A stretch of DNA of 47,150 bases from Candidatus Gastranaerophilales bacterium. Lineage in GTDB: Bacteria > Cyanobacteriota > Vampirovibrionia > Gastranaerophilales > UBA9971. The translations under genes and the position numbers were made by a program. Under the pieces are notes generated by a model. It was not told the DNA's origin, did not search any database, and saw nothing but the letters and a program-made list of their open reading frames with translations. Positions 14,732-22,389 of this stretch are shown here, in pieces (the first letter of the stretch is position 1; every line of letters begins with the position of its first letter). The stretch is taken from the NCBI GenBank assembly GCA_028278605.1, contig JANQEB010000025.1, positions 1 through 47,150 of the forward strand, in the 5' to 3' direction.

Positions 14732-14994
14732 TTACAACTAATCTTGAGGATTTTGAAAAGAAGTTGCTTTCTATTCAGATACCCAATCTCTTAAGACTAA
14801 TTGAGGGCATCGCTAAGTTAGTTAGAACGGCTAGTTTAGATAAGAGCTTGCCGGATGAATGCATATTGGACTTGCTTAGGAAGGAAACAAAGATAACTGC
14901 AGAACTAATGAGGCGAGGTTATTTAAAAAAAGAAGAATACCAGCAATTTGAGGCATGGCGTAAGGGACTTGGATATAAGAAGAGGTTTTATTGA
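14716..14994 (+). CDS. Hypothetical protein
   Basis: TTG start 7 nt after GAAGGAG. Lies within the sugar operon. Confidence 0.4.
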   Translation: MAQSVITTNLEDFEKKLLSIQIPNLLRLIEGIAKLVRTASLDKSLPDECILDLLRKETKITAELMRRGYLKKEEYQQFEAWRKGLGYKKRFY

Positions 14995-15701
14995 TGTATA
15001 TCGCTGGGAACTGTCTAATGAATCCAGGGGAAGAGGATCATGTCTTCAACACAGCCAAGGAGCTTAAAGGGTTTATTGATATTTTTAGAGTTAAACTATG
15101 GGGTGGAGGCACTAAGCTAGACAGATACTATCCTGGTATCGGTGAAGACGGGATTAAAACTTTGTATCGCATAAACAAGGAATTACATATTCCTGTGATT
15201 ACAGAAGTTCACACCCCTCAGCAGGTCAAACTTTGCTCTGGACTTGTAGGGGTTTGGATAGGTGCTAGGAATTCAATGAACTACTCATTGCTTGAGTCCA
15301 GCAAGATAATGAGAAATGTATTCATAAAAAGGATGCCGAACATGACAATTGCACAGGTGATAGATATGTATAATATCATGTTAAATAAGCATGGTGTCGT
15401 TCCTTGGATGATTGAACGAGGTATAGATACTAACGATAAAGATTATGGTAGATGGACGCCAGACATTAAGATTGCAATGGTTTTAAAAAGGCATTTCCCA
15501 GAAATGTTTAGTCGATTTGTGGTCGATTGTTCACATTCAGCAGGCCAAAAGGATTTTGTAAAAGATGTCTACAAGGCGTTTAGGGCAATCGGTGTTAGGA
15601 ACTTTATGTTCGAATGTACTTATAATGGGATAAGTAAAACTGACCAGACGCACATGTTGTCGGTATCAGAATTTAAAGAGATAACAAAAGAAGCAAGCTA
15701 G
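14994..15701 (+). CDS. 3-deoxy-ulosonate-phosphate synthase (DAHP synthase type I-beta / KDO8P synthase family)
   Basis: IGARNSMNYSLLE, FIKRMPNMTI, MIERGIDT and VVDCSHSAG correspond to the family signatures IGARNMQNF, KRG, CERGIRT and DPSHA. Confidence 0.7.
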   Translation: MYIAGNCLMNPGEEDHVFNTAKELKGFIDIFRVKLWGGGTKLDRYYPGIGEDGIKTLYRINKELHIPVITEVHTPQQVKLCSGLVGVWIGARNSMNYSLLESSKIMRNVFIKRMPNMTIAQVIDMYNIMLNKHGVVPWMIERGIDTNDKDYGRWTPDIKIAMVLKRHFPEMFSRFVVDCSHSAGQKDFVKDVYKAFRAIGVRNFMFECTYNGISKTDQTHMLSVSEFKEITKEAS

Positions 15702-15710
15702 GAGTTTAAG

Positions 15711-17102
15711 ATGAGAGAACCTATAAAATGTTCAATATGTGATTCAGAAGATTGGCATAATTTAGATAATTTGAGAGACCCGAAATATTGGTATAACCAA
15801 AATATGATTGAACTTCATAATGATTACAAGACTGACCCTGGTCAATTTGATGTTGATGTCAGGGATGGCAAGGTTAGGTTTAACCCGATTGGGTTCAAGG
15901 TATGTAAATCTTGTGGCTATTTAACATATGATTACCCTGAAAATATCGAAGATCAATACGATAAGCAGAGAGACTTTATCAGGGTAATGAATATTGTAAC
16001 AAATAATAGAAAAATAAGAAAGCATGAAAAATTCTTAAAAGAGATTTTTGATGAATTGTCGCCGTCTCAGAATGGCAGAGGATTTTCGTCGAAAGTCTTA
16101 GATGTCGGGTGCGCCCAAGGTACTTTTTTAAAGTACATAAAAGATCGTTGCAATTTGGATAATAGCAATGTCTTTGGAACAGAGTTTTCAAGCGCAGCCA
16201 GAGAATTCGGGAAAAATTACTATGGTCTAAATATAGTCAAAGATATCTCTCAGGTAGATAAATCCGAAAGATTTGATCTAATTTCATATTATCATGTTAT
16301 CGAACATGTGGAGCATCCAGATAGGGAACTTTTGAGAATTAGAAATTATCTAAAAAAAGATGGTTATTTATACATGTCTATACCTCATTGGTGTGAAAGA
16401 CTGGAAGAGGCTAGCGGTGCTATTTGTGACTCATTTGAAAATCTTTACCACTTGAACCATATAAATTGTTTTACATTTCATTCATTCGAGAACCTCATAA
16501 AGAAGTGCGGATTTGAAATCGTTAAATCTGATGACCAGATGTATGGCTATACTGTTTTATGCAAGATGGTCGATATCCCTGAAAAATTTAAGCCTATCCA
16601 GGAAAATTACAAGGAGATTATCAAAAGCCTAAAATCCCAAAAAGAAGCTATCAACATGTTCGTTCAAAAGAAATATGATGAAGCGCTAAAAGTTTACAAG
16701 AATTTTCCAGATGCTTACATTATGAAGTCTATCGATCAAAGGAATAATAAAAGCTTCGAAATGCAAGACCAAATATTAGTAGAAGGGTTGAAGAATTGCA
16801 GAGACTCTCTTAAAATAAGAGAACAGAGGGCAGCTATAAGAATGCAATGGGACGGAAATGTCGAGGGAGAATTTGGGGTTTACACAAATAGAGTCAAAGA
16901 GGCTGAACACATACTCACGGCTTTATTAGAAGAGCATCCCTCAGAACAATATTATTTCTCCTTAGCTGTAATTGAAGGCAAATACAAAAAAGACTACGGG
17001 AAGGCCATTAAGTACTTAGAGGAAGTTATTGAAATCAACCCCATGAGAATAGGCGAATGCATGAATATGGTTGGTCAATTTTATAGCAGGGGGACGACAT
17101 GA
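15711..17102 (+). CDS. Class I SAM-dependent methyltransferase with an N-terminal zinc ribbon and a TPR-like C-terminus
   Basis: AGGAG RBS. Motif I VLDVGCAQGTF. CSIC...CKSCG. Helical-repeat C-terminal third. Confidence 0.7.
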   Translation: MREPIKCSICDSEDWHNLDNLRDPKYWYNQNMIELHNDYKTDPGQFDVDVRDGKVRFNPIGFKVCKSCGYLTYDYPENIEDQYDKQRDFIRVMNIVTNNRKIRKHEKFLKEIFDELSPSQNGRGFSSKVLDVGCAQGTFLKYIKDRCNLDNSNVFGTEFSSAAREFGKNYYGLNIVKDISQVDKSERFDLISYYHVIEHVEHPDRELLRIRNYLKKDGYLYMSIPHWCERLEEASGAICDSFENLYHLNHINCFTFHSFENLIKKCGFEIVKSDDQMYGYTVLCKMVDIPEKFKPIQENYKEIIKSLKSQKEAINMFVQKKYDEALKVYKNFPDAYIMKSIDQRNNKSFEMQDQILVEGLKNCRDSLKIREQRAAIRMQWDGNVEGEFGVYTNRVKEAEHILTALLEEHPSEQYYFSLAVIEGKYKKDYGKAIKYLEEVIEINPMRIGECMNMVGQFYSRGTT

Positions 17103-17329
17103 AATACCTTTCAATTTTAATCCTTTGGTTTGTTTTTACTAATTATGACATTGGTTATAAAAGTCCTGGATTTTATTTAAAATCGGACTGTGTAAGTGCA
17201 AAGAAAACAGTCTTGAAGAAATATAGAAGCAAATATAAAAAATATTACAAAGAAATTAGAGCATGGTGTAAAAACTTGGATAGCACGAACGAGAAGTTTT
17301 ATAGGCAGAAGTATCAAAGGAGGTATTAA
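17099..17329 (+). CDS. Small basic secreted/membrane protein
   Basis: ATGA overlap. N-terminal hydrophobic segment. Confidence 0.45.
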   Translation: MKYLSILILWFVFTNYDIGYKSPGFYLKSDCVSAKKTVLKKYRSKYKKYYKEIRAWCKNLDSTNEKFYRQKYQRRY

Positions 17330-17330
17330 G

Positions 17331-17654
17331 ATGATACTAGTAACAATTTTCTGGCTACTTTCTATATTTACCCCCTTAGTTGGTTTTATTTACTTTGCAT
17401 CGGTTGGCATGCATATATGTTCTGTAGCTTCAATCGCCCTGATGTCTTTTTTTATTGGTGGTTACGCAGGCACAATTTCATCTCTTGTCATAAAGTCTAA
17501 AGAATATACATTTGAAGAGTCGGTGAAAATGTATCAGGAGTCTTACCTTGGCTTTTTTGCCGAGATAGGGGGCTTGACCAAAAAATTAGTGATGCATGTA
17601 ATTAATTTTGTTGGAGGCAAGAGGGATGTTAAAAAAGATAACAGAGATAATTAG
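17331..17654 (+). CDS. Membrane protein (2 TM)
   Basis: AGGAGG RBS. Two hydrophobic helices. Confidence 0.5.
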   Translation: MILVTIFWLLSIFTPLVGFIYFASVGMHICSVASIALMSFFIGGYAGTISSLVIKSKEYTFEESVKMYQESYLGFFAEIGGLTKKLVMHVINFVGGKRDVKKDNRDN

Positions 17655-17868
17655 TATTTTAATTCCATTGTCTATTTTTATATTGGGGATCCTGATAGAT
17701 GGCTTAAGCGGTAAGTTTGTTGTGTTTATATCTGGTATGATAACAAGCTTTTCTATTGGTTATCTGCAAAAAAGATCTTTATATCAAAATATTAATTCAA
17801 GAATAGACGCTAAATTGACCAAGTGGGCAGAAGAACACAGTCGAGCTATTGGTGGTGGGAAAAAATGA
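17626..17868 (+). CDS. Membrane protein (2 TM)
   Basis: ATG after GGAGG..GAGGG. The track ORF starts at 17608. Confidence 0.45.
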   Translation: MLKKITEIISILIPLSIFILGILIDGLSGKFVVFISGMITSFSIGYLQKRSLYQNINSRIDAKLTKWAEEHSRAIGGGKK

Positions 17869-18107
17869 GTATGTCATTTAGCCCAGAAGAGATTCTTTTA
17901 GATCCTGAAGAATTTGAAATTCTATGTAGTTCGAAAGATCTTAATAAAGGTGTAGTAGAGTGGCTTTCAGAATGGAAAAAATTTCTAAAGGAATCCCCCG
18001 TTTCTTATAAGTCACAACCGCTTGTGAGGTCTGGTCATTATATAGGGTGGATGACATGCAAGACTAAGTTCGCTAAGCATATGCAATCCAGGACAGGTAA
18101 GAAATGA
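17865..18107 (+). CDS. Hypothetical protein
   Basis: ATGA overlap with the upstream stop. The track ORF extends to 17823. Confidence 0.45.
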   Translation: MSMSFSPEEILLDPEEFEILCSSKDLNKGVVEWLSEWKKFLKESPVSYKSQPLVRSGHYIGWMTCKTKFAKHMQSRTGKK

Positions 18108-18322
18108 TTAAAGAACTCAAGCACCATAACGGAATATTCCTATACAGGCCAGAAACGGTTAACAATGTTTTTATTTATTGGGATAACGATGAATACGGAA
18201 TGACCCTTTACACAGACTTTGATAATGTCAGATTACTGTATCCAAGCTATGAGGACCTGATGAGAGCTTACAAAGATTTGTCGACCGTTATTATTAGTCA
18301 AGAAGAGGTGTCAGGGCAATGA
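18104..18322 (+). CDS. Hypothetical protein
   Basis: ATGA overlap. Confidence 0.45.
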   Translation: MIKELKHHNGIFLYRPETVNNVFIYWDNDEYGMTLYTDFDNVRLLYPSYEDLMRAYKDLSTVIISQEEVSGQ

Positions 18323-18597
18323 GTGAAGAAAAGTCTATAATAGAGAAGCATAGAGATGATTTAATAAATAGAATTTGGTCCAATGAATATGATCAATTAA
18401 GAGATTCACCACAAATATATGCGCAATGGCTAGATACGTTATTAAATAATGCATTCTCATCCTTATCAACTGAATTAGAAAAGAAGATAGATGAATTTGA
18501 AGATGAATATATGAAGTCGTTATTAGATAGCGACCAGCATTATTTCTCAGACGCAGTATATGACCTCAAGCAATCCCTATTAGGGGAGTCTAAATGA
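18319..18597 (+). CDS. Hypothetical acidic protein
   Basis: ATGA overlap. Confidence 0.45.
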   Translation: MSEEKSIIEKHRDDLINRIWSNEYDQLRDSPQIYAQWLDTLLNNAFSSLSTELEKKIDEFEDEYMKSLLDSDQHYFSDAVYDLKQSLLGESK

Positions 18598-18905
18598 AGA
18601 CAAGAGATCTTAATAAAGCTATAGCATGGATGAGGGAGAATAGAAAAATATTGTACATAAGTGATGGTTTAAATATTGAATGTTTTACAAACCCTCATGA
18701 CACTGCGCAAATTGATTCATGCTTAGACATCTTAAATAGGCATGGTTGTTTTTATTCCGAAGAAAAACAATGTAGAGCAGACTTGAGATCAGGTAAAATC
18801 TTAATTGACCAAGATAGAATCTATTCATCGATAGAAAGGCATAATGAAATAAATGACAAAATAAGAAGTGCCATCAGTGAAAATAATCGAAGGGAGAATT
18901 GGTGA
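18594..18905 (+). CDS. Hypothetical protein
   Basis: ATGA overlap. Confidence 0.45.
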   Translation: MKTRDLNKAIAWMRENRKILYISDGLNIECFTNPHDTAQIDSCLDILNRHGCFYSEEKQCRADLRSGKILIDQDRIYSSIERHNEINDKIRSAISENNRRENW

Positions 18906-19048
18906 ATAATCCACTAATTAGAGGCATGTTAGATGGTATGATCATCATTATGTTTTTCATTCTTTTATGCGGGATACCTCAAAAAATCGATAAAATATAT
19001 CATATGCTAGAAGAATGTAGAGCATCTATGTCAGGAGAGTCTAAATGA
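18902..19048 (+). CDS. Small membrane protein, 48 aa (GTG start)
   Basis: Not in the ORF track. GTGA overlap upstream and ATGA overlap downstream fill the gap exactly. AGGGAG RBS. TM segment MIIIMFFILLCGI. Confidence 0.45.
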   Translation: MNNPLIRGMLDGMIIIMFFILLCGIPQKIDKIYHMLEECRASMSGESK

Positions 19049-19302
19049 TAGATAAACATAAGTCCGAACTAAAATCGATGATCAGCCAGAATAGTTCGAT
19101 TTCGGACGTTGATATTGCAATTAACAAAGTTTTCTCTGGCTTAGCCACGGAGTTTGAAAGCAAGATAAATCAAATCCATCGGGAATTATCAAATGCTGCT
19201 TTAGCACTCAATGATGCTGAAGTAACCCCTGTTATTGATGGGTTTAGAAATAAATTGAGGCAATCAATAGGACTAGAAAGCGAGGTAAAGAGTGATGACT
19301 AA
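19045..19302 (+). CDS. Hypothetical protein
   Basis: ATGA overlap. Confidence 0.45.
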   Translation: MIDKHKSELKSMISQNSSISDVDIAINKVFSGLATEFESKINQIHRELSNAALALNDAEVTPVIDGFRNKLRQSIGLESEVKSDD

Positions 19303-19498
19303 TAAAAAACAAAGTCCAATTTTAAACCACTTTCTAAGCGAAAAGATACAGTTGATTAAATCAATGCTTGCCGAATGCACAGAGAAACAAAAGGACCTGT
19401 TTAAAAGAATGTATCCGAAAGGTATAGAAAACTATTCCGAGAAAAAGATTGATTGGGCCATAGTGCAACTTGAGAACACTAATCGAGGTAAAGAGTGA
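19292..19498 (+). CDS. Hypothetical protein
   Basis: GTG within the repeated junction CGAGGTAAAGAGTGA. ATG 19295 is an alternative start. Confidence 0.45.
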   Translation: MMTNKKQSPILNHFLSEKIQLIKSMLAECTEKQKDLFKRMYPKGIENYSEKKIDWAIVQLENTNRGKE

Positions 19499-19857
19499 AT
19501 AAGTCAGTATCAGAGTTAGACCAGAAGACAAAGATTAGATTAATCGCCAAGGCTTATAGGTCTGATATTTTAGAAAAAGATCTAAAAATTGTCTATGACC
19601 AAAACAATCAATTACAATTTGGCTTTAACCCACTTTGTGATTTTAATGATTTAATGCCCATCTTGAACAAAGAGGAATTAACGGTAATGATTAAAGGCGA
19701 TGAATTAGGTAATCAATCTTATTACTACATAATAATGCCTCTACCGCATCAAACGATTCGAAGCAAGAGTTTGTTAGATTCAGAATATAGGCGAATCGCC
19801 TGTGACGCCCTTATCATTAAGGCATACGGTGACAATGTATCAGAGAAGGATTTATGA
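19495..19857 (+). CDS. Hypothetical protein
   Basis: GTG within a second copy of CGAGGTAAAGAGTGA. GTGA overlap. Confidence 0.45.
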   Translation: MNKSVSELDQKTKIRLIAKAYRSDILEKDLKIVYDQNNQLQFGFNPLCDFNDLMPILNKEELTVMIKGDELGNQSYYYIIMPLPHQTIRSKSLLDSEYRRIACDALIIKAYGDNVSEKDL

Positions 19858-19947
19858 ATTGGGGCAATGAGATCAATTCAGATATGGAAATGAAGATTTT
19901 ATGAAACATGAACTGCAGTTTCCCGAAGATTACGTGAGCAAACCTTT

Positions 19948-20280
19948 ATGAATTCAGGTAAAGATATAGACTACATAATAGAGTATCTGGTGAGCTTAGG
20001 CAAAGAACTTTATATGAAGTTAGAAGAGGATCAAGGATGGGGATTTAGGAGTTCAGAAACCACGACCCCGGTAAGGATTGTATATGGGTACACTTTAAAA
20101 ATTGGGGGGTCTAAGGTCGTTTACACTCGTAGCTATATCGAAGTTTTCCAAGGGGAGACTCTTATGTACACAGTGCATCCAGTAGAAAATACCCCACTTA
20201 AGTTAAAAAATCATATAGAGAGCATGACAAAAAAACAAGATCACGAAATGGCCGAAATGCTATTCACTAAATTAGTATAA
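19948..20280 (+). CDS. Hypothetical protein
   Basis: Open frame reached through two ATGA-linked 16-codon micro-ORFs. Confidence 0.45.
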   Translation: MNSGKDIDYIIEYLVSLGKELYMKLEEDQGWGFRSSETTTPVRIVYGYTLKIGGSKVVYTRSYIEVFQGETLMYTVHPVENTPLKLKNHIESMTKKQDHEMAEMLFTKLV

Positions 20281-20373
20281 TATGAAAGAAGCCAAAAAAC
20301 ACTAGAATATATGGACAAACATAGGGATAAATTGTTAATTACAATTAATAGGTAACACCGGAGAGCACCAAAT

Positions 20374-20730
20374 ATGGGCGGAAACACAGGAAACGGATTT
20401 GACAAAGATCCAGAAAGAGCAAGGGCAGCAGGCAGGAAATCAACTAATGGGAGAGCATGGAAAACTGTCTATCGAGACATATTAGAAAAAAAGGTTTGTG
20501 ATGATTTAATTGAGCAAGCTAAAATAAAAGGCGCTGCAAAGCATTTAGATAAGACCATGACTCTAAGAGATCTGATAGCTTTGAAGAAAGTACAGCTAGC
20601 CCTAGAAGGCAATTTACAAGCTATTAATTCAATAGAAGACAGAGAAGAGGGTAAGTCAGCAGAGAACGTTAATAATAAAGTATCAGGCGAATTGAAGATA
20701 GTTTGGCCAGATGACGCAGAGGAGATGTGA
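20374..20730 (+). CDS. Possible terminase small subunit (KGG-repeat-like N-terminus)
   Basis: GGAGAG RBS. GNGFDKDPERARAAGRKS resembles the KGG stress-protein motif. The call rests on position upstream of terL only. Confidence 0.3.
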   Translation: MGGNTGNGFDKDPERARAAGRKSTNGRAWKTVYRDILEKKVCDDLIEQAKIKGAAKHLDKTMTLRDLIALKKVQLALEGNLQAINSIEDREEGKSAENVNNKVSGELKIVWPDDAEEM

Positions 20731-20843
20731 TGAAAACTGACGAGGAGTTAGACTTGGTAGTGTTATTTATGGGACTTAGTGTTTCTATACTAGGTGTTTT
20801 AGCTTTCCTTGTACTTTTGATTGGGGCTTTGTGCGGTTGGTAA
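20730..20843 (+). CDS. Small membrane protein, 37 aa
   Basis: TGATG overlap. TM segment LVVLFMGLSVSILGVLAFLVLLIGALCGW. Confidence 0.35.
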   Translation: MKTDEELDLVVLFMGLSVSILGVLAFLVLLIGALCGW

Positions 20844-20846
20844 GGG

Positions 20847-21068
20847 ATGTTAATAAGAAGTATTTGTATATCTATAATAGTCATTACCATATCAATGCTT
20901 TTCGTTAGCCTAAGAAATGTAAGCAGAGGCCCGTGCTTCTACGAGGTATGGCAATGCGGTAAATTTATAGAGAAACATGTAGATAAATATACTGCTACCT
21001 GTGAGTCTTATTCAGATAATGGCGTATACTACAAAGCTATAGGTAGAGTCGAAAATACTAGTCACTAG
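20847..21068 (+). CDS. Small membrane/secreted Cys-containing protein
   Basis: N-terminal TM helix. Open frame. Confidence 0.4.
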   Translation: MLIRSICISIIVITISMLFVSLRNVSRGPCFYEVWQCGKFIEKHVDKYTATCESYSDNGVYYKAIGRVENTSH

Positions 21069-21082
21069 AGAGTAAACTACAC

Positions 21083-21156
21083 TTTACATCTATGTAAACT
21101 ATACATTACATTCGATGTAAAGCTGTATTGACACCTATGTAAACGGTGCTTTACAT
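21083..21156. promoter_or_regulatory. Cluster of TTTACAT / ATGTAAA half-sites (three palindromic pairs) overlapping a TTGACA -35
   Basis: TTTACATctATGTAAA (21083-21098), TTACATtcgATGTAA (21106-21120), ATGTAAAcggtgcTTTACAT (21137-21156). TTGACA at 21128-21133. Confidence 0.5.
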
Positions 21157-21160
21157 CTCT

Positions 21161-22381
21161 ATGCAAGTAACACTACCACATAAACCATCCCCAGGAAAAC
21201 AAAGAGAATATTTTGAGCTAAACACAAGATACACAATAGCTTGTATAGGTAGACAATTTGGGAAAACTACAATCGCTCTACTTAGGCATGTTCTAAAGGC
21301 CATTGGTAAACAAGGTCAATATTGGTGGGTAGCTCCTACAATAGCTCAGGCTAGAGTCCCCTTTAAAAGAACTATCAACGACTACAAGGGCCTAATAAAA
21401 CGGGTTAATTTGTCATTCATGGAAATCGAGTGGATAAACGGTTCTGTGACTACATTCAAGGGCGCAGACAATAAGGAAAATCTTAGAGGTGAAACTCTGC
21501 ATGGGCTTACTGTAGATGAGGCTGCTAGTTTAGATCCAGAATTATGGCCTATTATTCTAAGGCCTATGCTTGCTCGATATGAAGGGTGGGCTGATTTCAT
21601 AGGTACTCCAAAGGGTAAGAACTGGTATTACGACCTATGGATACACGCCCTAGGATCTGAAGATTGGTCTAGAATACAAGCATGCTCAAAAGACAGTCCT
21701 TATTTTAGTGAATCAGAATGGGATGAGGTCAAGCGAGTCACCCCCGAGATCATATTTAGACAAGAATATGAGGCACAATTTGTAGATGTTGGGGGTGTAG
21801 TATTTAGGAATATTCATGAATGTGTATATGATACGCTTTCTGAGCCCAAGGGGAATGTTCAATATTTCGGAGGTGTAGATCTAGCCAGGACGGTGGACTT
21901 TACAGTAATTACAGTACTAAATGCCAATCGAGAATTGGTTTATTTTGATCGATTTCAGGATACTGCATGGTCTGTGCAGAAGAGAAGGATATTGAGCGTC
22001 TACGAGAAATACAAGTGCTTGTTCTGTATAGATTCTACAGGCGTGGGCGATCCAATATTTGACGATCTGGCATTAGCAGGTGTCAGAGTTCAGGCATACA
22101 AATTTACTAATCCATCTAAGAGACAATTAATAGAAAACTTAATATTGACGTTTGAAGAGTTAAACATTAAGTTACACAATATAGAAGTTCTGCTTTACGA
22201 ATTGTCTATATTTGAGATAGAACAGCTTGTGTCAGGTACAATAAGATATTCCGCCCCTGCTGGTAAGCATGATGATACAGTTATTTCGCTTGCCTTAGCT
22301 AATTGGATAACCCCTAGTTTCGCGGGTGACATTATCGACGCAGGTGGAGACAGGGTAATGACGGGTAGTATGTATGATTGA
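21161..22381 (+). CDS. terL: Terminase large subunit
   Basis: Walker A GRQFGKTT, Walker B LTVDEA, and RNase-H-like nuclease acidic residues (GVDLARTVDF, CIDSTGVGD, HDDTV). Start uncertain: GTG 21146 or ATG 21161, neither with an SD. Confidence 0.9.
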   Translation: MQVTLPHKPSPGKQREYFELNTRYTIACIGRQFGKTTIALLRHVLKAIGKQGQYWWVAPTIAQARVPFKRTINDYKGLIKRVNLSFMEIEWINGSVTTFKGADNKENLRGETLHGLTVDEAASLDPELWPIILRPMLARYEGWADFIGTPKGKNWYYDLWIHALGSEDWSRIQACSKDSPYFSESEWDEVKRVTPEIIFRQEYEAQFVDVGGVVFRNIHECVYDTLSEPKGNVQYFGGVDLARTVDFTVITVLNANRELVYFDRFQDTAWSVQKRRILSVYEKYKCLFCIDSTGVGDPIFDDLALAGVRVQAYKFTNPSKRQLIENLILTFEELNIKLHNIEVLLYELSIFEIEQLVSGTIRYSAPAGKHDDTVISLALANWITPSFAGDIIDAGGDRVMTGSMYD

Positions 22382-22389
22382 GGTGAATT

